Program-made: the position numbers and the translations under genes
The notes under the pieces: model-generated
Database searches by the model: none
What the model saw: the letters and a program-made list of their open reading frames with translations, nothing else
What the model was told of the DNA's origin: nothing
Shown here: positions 50,801 through 63,500 of the stretch, one piece after another
How positions within the stretch are numbered: position 1 is the first letter of the stretch
Layout: every line of letters begins with the position of its first letter
Source of the DNA: Tubulanus polymorphus
Taxonomy: Eukaryota > Animalia > Nemertea
NCBI RefSeq assembly: GCF_964204645.1
Contig: NC_134030.1
Location: 3,204,778-3,268,777, forward strand
Reading direction: 5' to 3'
Length of the DNA: 64,000 nucleotides

Positions 50801-52442
50801 TTACAGGGAATTCAAATATCGTATAGCTACATCTGCTGCTGACTGGCCGTCGAAACCAAAGATAGTAAGTATACAGAAATTACGGAAATCCCGTTTTATA
50901 GACATTATGGAAGATTCATTGGATACTTTATACACAATACTGATGTTGTTTTTTAAGTGCTTTTAAGTGAAATGCGGGCGCCGGGTTTCACATGTAAATC
51001 ATTTTCAAAATGTTTCATTAGTCAAGTAAGAACATACTGACCAAACTTAAAAATCAATCGCTTATGTCGGATGGATGCACACTAATATTATCGGATACGT
51101 TGAAATAGTTTCACGACAGCTGAGAACTCTGGTAAGTTATACGGCCAATTTGAGCGTCATAATCCCGTTTAAATTTCCATTTTAGCCAGCAATTATGAAT
51201 ATGATCAAGAAAGTGCGGCCGGCATTAGACATTTACGAAGAAGAAGAAACCAACACAACCACAACGAATTCAACGACGAACGCAACAGCATCAGATTCAA
51301 ACTCGACATCTTCAACAGATGAGCCGACAACAACTACTATTACTGTTACATCACCGGTCATTACTACTACTGTGTCATCGATGGCGCCGGCTGGTCCCTC
51401 TCCCTCTCCCTCTTCTCTCGCTCCTGTTACGATTACGTCTGGTACGCAAGCCCCGGCGCCACCACCACCGCCGCCGCCGCCGGGCCCGAAAAAAGGACAA
51501 GTCAACCCACAATATATCTCGTATGTATTTCTGTTCGTACATTATCAGTATAGAAGGGAAGGTTGTCAGGACCGCCTTACATCTACGCACTTGAGAAAAA
51601 AACCAGAAATATCAGGCTATAGTTTTAACAGCGATTTGTCATATCGAAAATTAGAAGTGCAATTTATAAAATGTTCTATTGAGTCTATATCGCAGTGTCG
51701 CCGGCGAATCAATTGTTCGGGCTTCAGGAATGAACGGCTGTGTTTCCTTTTCAGAGAAAACTTCATCAAAATCGACGTCTATTTCGAGGACCTTAACGAA
51801 GAGATATACGTGACAACGGCGGCATACTCGGTAGAAATATTTCGATTACCTCAATAAGATTTTTTTTTGACGCCGTAAAAACCGTTACAAAAATGTTTTA
51901 TGCGAGTTTTGAATGTCGGTCGGTCGAATTTTTATAATTGGTGCGCCATATTGACGCCACAGACGCGGTTCTGTCCTGGAATCATAATTGTTTAATTTCT
52001 CATAATACGCCAATGTTATTATCATTGTCGTTGAGCTATGAATTGTCGACAATATCAAGCAGTAAACATGCAGTATTTCAAGGCGTCAATTAACTTTTGA
52101 ACTTGGGATATGTTTTTTGCTGTGTATTTGATTAATGAATGAATGAATATTTTTTCTTTTAATTTTCAGGAAATCGATCTTCTAACGGATATGGGCGGCA
52201 CGTGTGGATTGTGGATGGGTATTTCAGTGATCGCCATCATCGAAGTTATTCAGTTTTGTGTCGAGGTCGGTTTGCTGTGTTTTTATCGGTACAAAACGTC
52301 GGAGGAGACGAAAGTGAAACCGCTGCGACAATCTCCGAACAGATCCCCTTACAGAGAACGAAGCGTCACGCCACAAACTGAGGAATGGTATCTAGATGAT
52401 ATTCCAGAGAAAAATGGCATATACAACGATCGCAAATTCTAA
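44900..52442 (+). CDS. DEG/ENaC (amiloride-sensitive sodium channel family, FaNaC/ASIC-like) subunit, about 12 exons
   Basis: TM1 KFIWIVVFLAAVAICIWQ, FPSVTICNLNP (~47416-47450), GNCFTFN, GVKVVIGNQSRMPYPEDEG, Cys-rich thumb (GCLKTCRQRNVMLNCSC), CPPIC, WPS, IDVYFEDLN, TM2 LLTDMGGTCGLWMGISVIAIIE. Stop at 52442. Confidence 0.95.
45169..45311. mobile_element. IS3EU-like MITE, short form
   Basis: cgtatt|tatggtggctgat ... atcagccaccata|cgtatt: TATGG..CCATA ends with a 6-bp TSD. Confidence 0.85.
46725..47106. mobile_element. IS3EU-like MITE, longer form of the 45169 family
   Basis: Same termini and first ~95 bp as the 45169 element, with internal gccaaaac/gttttggc repeats. No intact TSD. Confidence 0.75.
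47592..47970. repeat. ~49-bp minisatellite (~7 copies) in a DEG/ENaC intron
   Basis: gagtagtgacgtttagactcaattctatgagccatttgaaaaaacta repeated. Confidence 0.9.
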
Positions 52443-53254
52443 ACTACAGCTGCGGGCTGGCTCCATAGTCATTGCTAAGACTCAAGATCAGTCTTAGTTC
52501 TATAGCCAATCCAATTACTTAAATAGAGTCTTAAGATTGAAGGCCACTTTTGGACTTAAGAAGTCTCGACAAAGTTCTATAGCCAATCCAATTACTTAAG
52601 CAGAGTCTTAAGATTGAAGACCACTTTTGGACTTAAGAAGTCTCGACAACCGGTCAGGTCGGAGTTGCACAGGTTCGACTTAGGTCTAAAAGTAACTTTA
52701 TGTTGTCAGGCTGGTTTAAAAAAAAGGTATCGGAGTGATCTTACACTTAATCATGGCTATGAAACTGGTCACAGTAACGCCAGCCAAAAAATGGTCTTGA
52801 TTCGTTAGATTGACTATTGAAAAAGATGAGCTTAGGTAGTGCATCGAGCCACTGGAATGAGAAGTCAGAAGATTCCTTTCGAACTCAAAAATACTGAGAA
52901 ATATTAACGAGTCAACGTTATTCAGGTGAAGTCAATCGATTTATCAATATGAAAAAAATGCAAGATGTTTCCTTTTATGTAGAATCTTATGAACCATTCT
53001 AGCAATGTTTATCTACATCACGTTTGGTATTTTTCCCGTGTTTATTTTCCTTTTTTGAGGTAGACTTTTAGCCACGTTTACACACAAATAATAAACTACA
53101 AAATACTATTGAAATGAAATCGTTTTCGTGTCATGCTATTTTCCCTTAGAATTTATAACGCGAAACAAGCGAAGCGAAAGCTGATGCTATGTCTATTAGA
53201 TATGAAATATTTATTTCGATAAATCCAAAATATTCAAAATATGGAATTCAAGAG

Positions 53255-55467
53255 TTAAGATCTGGCGGCTTCGTTGATATGATCGGTGATAGTGTTGACC
53301 GAATCTTTACCAGTATCGATAGCGTCTTTTATTGTACCTGCCATATTCTTGAAAGTTTCATCTGCAGAAAATAGAAGGAAAGGAAAATCATCAAAAGAAC
53401 TTGACGGTTATACATTGAATTTTCTAATAGGCGTGTATAGTTCTAAGAGTGAGGGAAGTAGTGTATTCCTGTGTACGACAGTAAAATGAGATCATCTTAA
53501 GAACTAATCGAACGTAATTGGCTCCAGAAATGTTTACATCTCTTATACAACTGTCTATTCCATTCTTTCGCGGAAAACGCTAAATGGAAGGATATCCGAG
53601 ATATACTGAGCAGGGTTCGTACTGAGTGCGAACTCCATTAACGTCGATAGGATTTTATTCGATTACACGTGAACTGCAAGTTTGAATTTATGTTTAAAAA
53701 TGATATCTTTAAACGTTGAGATTGGAATATGGCGTTGATATAGATTTAACGATTAAACTTTAACTACAATTTTGCAACCTTATTCGAGGAAATGGAGGAT
53801 TCTAAAAACTGTGAGATTGTAACCTACTCAGAATATCAGTGACGGCAGCTTTCAGGTCTTCGACGGCTTTGTTACCGTGACCAACTAAAGTTTGTCCGTG
53901 TTCCTTCATTTTATCAACGTGCGGCTGGAGTTTATCTGCCAGGGTAGCGATGTGTCCTTTCAGCGTTTCGTGAAGGTTCGTGGCGTGACCTTTAGCGGCG
54001 TCTCCCAAGTTTTGAATGTGCTACAAGTTGGAATCAAACACAATGAATACAACATCAATAACCGATACGCTCTTACAACAAATGGTTCTTTAGGTTTTTC
54101 GTTAGTTTCTTCACGGAAGCTTTAGGTAATTCAACACTAAAAAGTGATATTCATGGTTTAAAGGCGTCTAGTAAAGATTGTATATAGTCAACACGTTTAA
54201 AGTCAACATTTAGGATACGTCATCACACAAGTCAATTTCAATGTCTAATTCAATTTGCTTCGTGAAAATTATCATTTGAATAAGTAGCCAATATGAGATG
54301 GTCCCGGGTTTGACTATACCCAGTATATGCCATGAATTGAGATGGGTACGTATCCCCACAACGCGAAACATGATTCCTAATAGTGACACATTATAAGAGC
54401 ATAAAATACCTGTTGAATTTTGGCAATGTGAGGCTTGAAGAAGTCAGCAATCTTTCTACCGAGGTCACCCTTACCACGTTGATTTGCGGCTTTGTTGATT
54501 TCGTTTACCAAATCATCTTCGATCGAACGCATTTGGATGTTGTGTTCCTCTAAAATGAGACGATTATTGTACATTTCATGAAAAGAAATATGGACATCAT
54601 GTAAAATTGTATATTTCACTATAAAGGTGCGAAATGTCTTACTTAAAATAGCGTCGACATTAGCTTTGATTTCATGAACTTTGTTGTCGAGATCTTTGTA
54701 GAAATCTGAATCGTGTATTTTTTCCAGTACGACCTTCAGTTTATCAATGGCGTCAGCGAACGCAGTTTCGGCTTTAGCGGCGTTATTCTCGATGACATCT
54801 TTCACTTGGCCGTAAATTTCGGCAGCCTTAGCGATCGCGTCTTCCTTCAGACCTCGCTTACCGAGTGCTCCGAGACCGTTTTGTTGTAATTGAGTCAACA
54901 GATCAACGAGGGAGGCTGAAATCATCCAAATTACAATGAAATTAGAAACAAACAAGAAGCCATTTTGAGTATCTTATTTCTTGTGTGTCATTGCATTGAA
55001 ATGAGCTTTCACCGCAACGAAAAGACGAATGTAATACATGTACTCGTCTGAATACTCGCAGCTTAGCAACCGACCCGCCCAAACCCAGTTCCCACTGTGT
55101 GTCTGATAAATTTGACTAAATTCAGTTCATTTTCAACGTTTTAAAACCAAAGAGAAAGAGGGGTAGAACTGAATTCAGTAGCTCATCCTCCGAGGCCCAG
55201 TTCCTCGGTCCATTATTAGATATGACAATAATTTAATCAATTGATTTGATTTATGGAAAGTTAGGTCGCGAGTCCGCAGATATTATTGTGTTCACCTTTT
55301 CCAGCATCAAGTGCCTGTTTAGCAGCAGTAGCCAGTGAGTCAAGACCAATTTGTTTTAACTGTTCAAGAAGTTGATTGAACTTCTCTTTGACGGTGTCAA
55401 TGTCTTTTTGTTCGCCCATGGATGAGCCCACCAGGGCAGCAATGGTCAGGAATACTAAAAACTTCAT
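53255..55467 (-). CDS. Uncharacterised secreted, Cys-free amphipathic alpha-helical protein (~295 aa; apolipoprotein-like or peptide precursor)
   Basis: Exons approx 55296-55467, 54643-54915, 54410-54549, 53828-54020 and 53255-53361 splice in frame, from signal peptide MKFLVFLTIAALVGSSMG to ...TDHINEAARS*. A non-coding first exon has its donor near 55696, and AATAAA lies at 53210-53215 (minus). Confidence 0.85.
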
Positions 55468-55749
55468 CTGCAAAAATATATTTCATCATTTCCACGCTGA
55501 AATTTCATCATTTTCTTCTGAATTTTCACTAAAAATGCTCCAGTTCCACAGTACTGGCTCCACAGTACTGGCTTGACACTTCATTCTTATTTGAACCCCA
55601 GAATCGAATTTAACCAAGCGTGTCCTCATAGTATCATAAAACTATATTAGAATTCATTGTATTTCTAAAAACGTGAATCTGAATTAAAACTCTTACCTTG
55701 TGCCGGGTGCTGAATTTCAAACTCAATCATTCGAACGGTCAGCCGTGTA

Positions 55750-55756
55750 TTTTATA
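55750..55756 (-). promoter_or_regulatory. TATA box of the secreted helical-protein gene
   Basis: TATAAAA on the minus strand, ~30 nt upstream of an Inr-like TGAGTT and a short non-coding exon ending AG|GTAAG. Confidence 0.7.
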
Positions 55757-57590
55757 GCCACCATCAATTAGTACTATCTTGAATATGATCTTATCGCATC
55801 CGTTTTTATCACTCGGGGAAATTGAAACACTTGTCGTTTCCATTTATTAAAATATACACGGATTTCCGTCCAGTCGATTATAGATTTTAACGAGTCATTT
55901 CAGGAAAGGTCACCGGGACTGACGCTTCCATATTTGAGTACATCGCAAATTAATGCTCATCAGATATGACTAATTGTATGCATTGTCCAATGTCTGGTGT
56001 TAGTAGTTCATTCTCGCATAAACTGTGTCCCAGGTGAATGTCTTTGGGCGATGCACTGATCTCATTGCAAACTTTTGAAGTCTAATGGAGAATTCGAAGG
56101 GGCTTTTGTGTCCTGGATAGATAGCTGCATAAACTTAATATGTATCGAGAGTCTCCTATTTAAACTTGAGTGGAATCCGACCTCAACACGAAAATGATCC
56201 TTGCTTTCCATTCACTGCTGTTCCTCTTTCGTACGCAGACAGGAAATGGTTTAAAAAACCTCCGAAAATAAGGCATTAGGAAAATCCAAAAGTAACAACG
56301 AGAAAATCTAAGTTTAAAGTTTTCAGTATTAAACACGGCTTTATTCTATGTCTAATAATTCACACACAAAACGTACAAAATGTTAGCACCATATGACACT
56401 AAAGGGCTACGAGCAACACCCTTCTCTTTCAAAGTATGAAAAATAAATTCTCTTTTTTTCAATAGAATGTACTTAGAAAACATTGTTACTTAGAAAACAT
56501 TTGGTCCCAGATTTAACTTTACAAAATAGCACACATTATTCTCGGACACACGCGAGAAAATTAATGAGAAAATGAATCGTCTTAAAGACTGTCACGATGA
56601 TAGAGTGACAGGTATCTCGCAGGCTAACTGTCAAAGAAGGAGGCAAAAGTCAGGATTTACATAATATAACAGAAAATGATCACAAAAAATAAGAATACTG
56701 CAATCGAATTATACAGTCACGTTGATTTATGAATAGACCCTCCCCTGGTGTATAACCACATGAAACATATACCCTTCCCCTCTTCAACCCCTGATGGTGA
56801 TAACGTTGATTAGACATTTGCTGAATGGCACAAACGATTAGATAATTGCACGCTACGAGTATAGTATAATGAAATTCTATCTACATATGAAAATGCTCGG
56901 GTAAGTTAAAAAAAAGAAGATAAATTCAAAAACACACAAAAACAGCGGTTATAAATGCTCTATAATATGTTTGTTATAATAATAGTATATCATTATTAAA
57001 ACAATCGATTATCTAATAGTTATATAGTAGTAATCTCATCGGTCATTTGACTTGCAATATCGAGTTAGTTCTGGGCCAATATACATATATATATCCTCGC
57101 GAAAATATATACATATACATATATAACAATAAAACATGTATTTATATAAAATATATCGACTAGCACGCTCGGAATCATACCGAAAAAATAGAAACAAAAA
57201 CAATATACAACATCTTATCAACCCCCTTCTATTGACAGATAGCTGTTCAATATAAATGATATAAAAGTTTTCGTTTTTTTCAGGACGATGGTTCGAATCC
57301 CGAGAATAAATGCATTTTTTTTTTTAATGATAGATATTTCTTTTACACAACGTAAAGAGACAGAATGCGCTCGATCCTAATAACACAAAATGGCGACTTA
57401 TTCAAATACATGGCAAATATATGGCTCAACGAATATATACACATACAAATGTAATGAAGCCTATACAACGACTTGTATATAAAATATAAATGTTGCACGC
57501 GGACGTCCAATCTAAACAATGTTCGTTAAATTGTTCGTTTTAAAAAATCAAAACGACGCCCGATTAGAAAATGCGCGTGGTTTATCCTGT

Positions 57591-60500
57591 TTAGGAGAAG
57601 CATACCTCTCCGATATCGAGTCCGAATTCTTGGTCCTGGTCGCCAACGTCAGCTGGAGCGATGTCGACTATTGGGAGACGTGAACCTTTGTCTGATCGTA
57701 TTTCGAACATCGTCTGGGCCCAGGAATCTTTACGGAACTGAAATATACATCGAAACATCGATAATTAATAAAGTCGTCATATTATAACAGAGCTTCAACC
57801 TGCTTCTGATTTTCATTATACTTATTACTTTTCTATATTTCTATATCTTATTTGTTTGATGCCTGCAGGGATATAGAAGATGTTACCGAGGGTCTTATAT
57901 TACTGATGATTACTGATTAGTTTAAACATTTCTTTCGTATTTCGATGAAATGTTACGCAAAAAAATTCAATTCGTAACTGATTGCACTTTTCAGAGGATG
58001 GCAGCCCTGTTTTAAGAATAACTGTAATTCTTACAGAATTCCTAAATTGACACAAAGCTCAAATGCATATGCATTAAAAGTTTTCATAGTTCGGAGATGG
58101 ATAATGTATTAACAAAAGATGTTGTAATCCGGGGATTTTCAATTTCATCTACTTAAACTAACGCGAACGCTTACCTGACATTCGTCAACGAGTACGTTGT
58201 ATTTGAGTCGTGCTGGGCTTTCTGTTGAGATTTCAAGGTCGCTATCGGTCATCAGTTTCACGGCGCGATCGAAGTTTCTATTGGTGGCGTCGTAGTAGGC
58301 GACGGAGTTCCTGCAGTGATAGGTGATAGTCTGGTGCGCTTTCTCGCTCAACAGTTGTAAGAACGTCAATTGTACGCGGTCAGCTTTGTAGGTGAACTGA
58401 TTTAAAAGAAAATACGAGTTACATACTAGACTGTCGATAGGTTTTGAAAAGATTTGAAAAGACGCATATTGTTGTTAAATATTGTACTCACCGTATCGCC
58501 TTTAATGGCATCTTCACTAAACCAGGCATGACGACCCAAATTACCACCTTCAAACCATCTGGTTCTTTCGAACTAAAGTAACATAGAATATGATATTGAA
58601 TCAGGTGATATCTTCGGTGAGTGTTCAATCGGAAATAAAGGTCACGTTTTGTGAAATTGTACCTTGACTGGTTGTGGCGATATACAGGTTTCCATTTGTT
58701 TAATACGACAAGTGACTTCAATGGCGTCTTTAGGACTTCCTTGGTTCGGATCGATAAAGTATTTTCCTGAAGTGATAAGGTGCAACGAAAAGCTCAATAA
58801 AACGACGACAAAACAACGCTCTTTGTACATCGCGTAGATAAATATGTGAAAAGATATTTACCATCTTTAAAGTCGGGATGAGCCAAAGCAAGGTCTCTAC
58901 AAGTTCTGGCAGGAGCTTCAGCAGTACCGGTAGGTGTGCGTACGCGTTCAATAGCTACAGCAATATCATTGAGCGCGTGGAAGGCATTTTCACTGCCTTT
59001 GCCGTCGCTTTCTTGAGCTGGCTGGTCTCCCATAAATGGATTGCCACCCTTCTGGCCAGAGCCTCGGGCGAACAACTGTGTGTAGTCTGGTTGATACGAG
59101 CCACCCGATGCTCCAGGTGGACCTGGTGGACCCGGGGGTCCTGGGGGTCCTGATCGACCATCGTCTCCGCTTGGACCTCGTGGACCGATACGACCTGCTT
59201 GACCAACCTCTCCGGCTGGACCCATTGGACCTGGTGATCCTCGACTACCAGCTGGACCCTGAATAACGATATAATGTATAGATAAATAAGATTTCGTTTC
59301 TCAAAACGATTTATGAGTGACACAGTCTTGATCAGCGTATACTTACTCTTTGACCAGCGGGACCTGGTGGTCCTGGTGGACCGTGTTCTCCAGCATTTCC
59401 CTGTTTAAAACAAATATTCACTATCACTTGATACAAAATATACTAATAATCGATGAATTTCACAATTTCAATACTTACGCCTGGACCTGGAAGACCTTGC
59501 ATACCCGGAAGTCCTCTCCATCCTTTATCACCCTTAGTTCCGGCAGCACCTCTTTCACCTTTAGCTCCTTGAACTCCTGGGGCTCCCTATTTAAAACATG
59601 AATACCAACTCAAACAGGCATATCAACTTCATGCAATAATCGATATTTTCAGGTACATTATTCTACACGATAGGTTGATGTTTCTATATTTACTTACAAT
59701 AGTTCCTCGTGGTCCAGCGGGGCCTTCAACTCCTGATGGTCCCGATTCACCCTATAAAGGATACAATAACCAGAGTTTATTATACACAAGTCTCTGTTAT
59801 GGAAATTAATTTCCATCAATTCGTGCAAAGATGATATCAATAATAATCCTTCAATGGTCATCTACATACTCGTTCTCCTCGTTCACCGATAGAACCAGAT
59901 GGTCCTGGTGGTCCGGGTGGTCCTTGTGATCCTGGATGTCCTGGCTGACCAGACATACCCGGTGGTCCAACCTGTCCTTTCTCTCCTGGTCGTCCATCGA
60001 TTCCGTTGAGGCCGTCTTTACCAGCTGGTCCCTAAAATAAATAAGTTGAATAACAATGTTGTTCGGATCTAATCATCAACATAATATAATGAACGACGCT
60101 TACCTCGGGTCCAGCTTCTCCTGGAGCGCCTGATATACCGGGAGGTCCTGGGATACCAGCCACACCTCTTTCACCATCCTTACCCGCTTTACCTTGTCCT
60201 CCAGTTTCTCCCTGAAGAGAAATAAATAGATAAATTGAAGAAAAACGACGAAAACTACAAACAGTGATGTTATTATTGAGGAATAATAATTACCCTTGCT
60301 CCAGCCGGGCCGACAGTTCCAGGGGCTCCACGAGTTCCTGGTAATCCAACCTGTCCACGTTCACCTTGGGGTCCACCCATGCCTTGTGGTCCTCTTGGTC
60401 CCTGGACACAGATTAAATAGAAATATTATAAATTAGTGACAAATGTCTCGTCATTCTCGTTGTGTTTACATAAGTTACAAAGAACTTACAGGTCGTCCAT

Positions 60501-63500
60501 CTGATCCACGTTCACCCTTCTCTCCATCGTTTCCTGGACGACCGGAGCTTCCGCTGTCACCGGGACGACCGTCTTTACCAGCCGGTCCAGGTGCTCCGGG
60601 TGCACCGTCTTTACCTGGGGAACCTGATGAGCCCGAATCACCGGAGGGACCTTTGGGTCCTGGAAGTCCGACTCCACCTGGTAATCCTGGCGTACCTCTC
60701 TCACCAGGTGAACCTTGTTCTCCTCTCTGACCTTGCGTTCCGGGTTGACCTTCTTTACCCTAGTAATGAAACCAAATTTTTGATTGAAATCATTCCAGAT
60801 TACTTGTTGGGTAAAATCATTCTTATAATAGTCCATGTAAACATACTTGGGAGCCGCTTGAACCGCGAGGACCTCTTGGTCCACTAGGACCCTGTGAACC
60901 TCGTGAACCACTGTTTCCTTTAACACCTTTAACTCCTGGTGAACCTGGGCGTCCAGCTTGACCCGGTGGACCGGGGTGTCCTGCAGTTCCGGGTGGACCA
61001 CGTTTACCATCTTTACCAGGTGCACCAGACTCTCCGGGTGCTCCTTGAGAACCGTCTTCACCTTTAGCAGCTTGTAATCCTGGTGGGCCTGGGATACCTG
61101 GAATACCTTGAGGTCCCTGTGATTACATAAACAATGATTTTGTCGTACATAAAAACTTTAAATGATATTTTACGATTTGATTATTTGAGATATTCGAAAT
61201 AAAACCTACTCGTTCTCCATCTTTTCCAGACTTTCCTGCGTCTCCGGGAGATCCAGCGATACCCTTTTGATAAACGATTCAATTTACATATTAATCAATA
61301 ACAGTTGTCTAATATCATATTTATCAATATCTATCGAATCTTTAGTAAACTTACAGTTTCACCCTTGGCTCCTGGTGGTCCTTGGGCTCCACGGTTTCCA
61401 GGCAGACCCTAAATGAATCAACGATATATATTTATGCAATCGATTCGGTCTGCAGAATTTGCCTAAACATTCTCGAAAAGATCTAACTTACGATTAAACC
61501 TTGCGTTCCGGATTCTCCTTTCTTTCCTGGTGTACCTGGCATTCCACGGTCTCCGTCACGTCCACGTGGACCAGTCTTACCAGATGGACCAGCTGGACCT
61601 CTCTGACCGACAGCTCCAGCCTCTCCGGGTTGACCTCTAGATCCTGCCGGACCTGGTGCACCGATCGCTCCACCTGAACCTGTAGCTCCAGATTCACCAC
61701 GTTTACCGGGTTCACCGTTCAGACCCGGAGGTCCGGGAAGACCTTGCGTTCCAGGAGGTCCGGTTAATCCAGATGGTCCACGACTTCCCTTGGGTCCTGC
61801 ACTGCCTGGCGTTCCAGCAGCACCAGTTTCTCCATTCTGTCCCGGGTCTCCAGCTGGACCTTGAGGCCCGGCCGGTCCTTGAGTTCCATCCTTTCCACTT
61901 TCTCCCTAGAATATTGATTGGAAATGATTAATTTATCACGTTATTTCGCTCTAACTGCATGTTGTATTGTGCGGTTTACTTACAACAGCGCCTCGAGATC
62001 CTGGTGGGCCTTGAAGTCCCTGGGCACCGGGTGGACCAGTCGCTCCAGCTTCTCCGGGTTTTCCATCTTGACCATTTTTACCCTGTAACATGAACATGCT
62101 CGTTAGCTGAAATTACTCATCATATTCGAAAGCAGCAGGTACCGTGTTGATATCAATAACTTACTGGTTTTCCTCGCACGCCTGGTTTACCATCTCGTCC
62201 AGATCGACCGGTAGATCCCTGAAAAATGCAATACAAATTAGATTATCGAATACGAATTAGACGATAGTGAAATCAATATGGTCGAATTGTTTGTAACACT
62301 TACCCTAGTTCCGGGCATACCCATTGGTCCTGGTGGTCCAGTATCACCTGACGAGCCCTTATCACCGGCTTGTCCTGTTGCTCCTGTCTCTCCAGACTCG
62401 CCTTTTGGTCCTGGTGATCCATTAGCACCTGGTAAACCACGTCCACCTGGACTACCACGTTCACCACGTGAACCAGCTGGTCCGGGTAAACCGTCAGCAC
62501 CACGCGCTCCTCGCTTTCCGTCTTCACCTCTCGGACCTGCAGAACCAGTTTCTCCTGGGGCACCGTTCAGACCCTTAGTACCAGGTGATCCTGGCGCACC
62601 AGATGGACCTGGTGGTCCTGGCTGTCCTCGAGAGCCTGGGGTACCGCTATCACCAGCGGCTCCTGGGGGTCCTTGGGCACCGGGGAATCCTGGTGCTCCT
62701 GCCATACCGGTCTCTCCCTGAAGTTGCAAAAAACAGCGTATAGATATTGAAGAATGAAATAAGATCATCACGTATATTCGTGCAATACATACGCGTTCTC
62801 CTTTTTCACCAGCTGGTCCAGAAGGTCCAGAACTTCCAGGTGTTCCGGGGCCGCCGGATGGGCCTGCTGAACCCGGTTCACCTCGGGGTCCTTGAAGACC
62901 AACGCTACCCTTCGGTCCACCTGGTCCACGGTCACCTTTTGCTCCAACACCTCCGGGGAAACCAGGAGGACCAGATTGGCCGACTGTACCCATTGGACCT
63001 GCTGGTCCTGGAAGACCATCAACACCGCGCAGACCCTACAAAATATGATAATTATCGTGACGATTTTCTATAAAAAATGTCCATCATTCAGAATGTATGA
63101 TACGAAACATGTACTTACTGCTGGTCCTGCGGAACCATCTCGCCCACGCTCTCCATTTGGTCCTCGTGGGCCCTTGAAAAGTACAAAACAATTGATTAGT
63201 TGATAAATTCACTATCGCAGTGTTTTACGTAATTTTCTAAATAGAAAATACATCGAATCAGTTTGAATTCGTCTCGCAAAAGAGCTAATGGGACTTACCA
63301 TTGGGCCGTGCGCACCTGGTGGACCAGCTTCTCCACCGGGACCCTAAAATGGATATATGAAGGTATGAACATTGAATGTAGTCTAACTAATTCATAATAA
63401 GATATCTGCAAGTGTAAAGTAGCTTACTTTCTCTCCCTGTCTTCCTTGTTCTCCTTTAGCGCCTGCTCGACCCGGGTATCCCTGAAAAATTTATAATGTA

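Noticed and set aside
53802-53827. Stop at 53802 as the end of the secreted protein (ORF track)
   Set aside because: A donor at ~53827 splices in frame to exon 53255-53361, which continues the helical pattern and is followed by a poly(A) signal.
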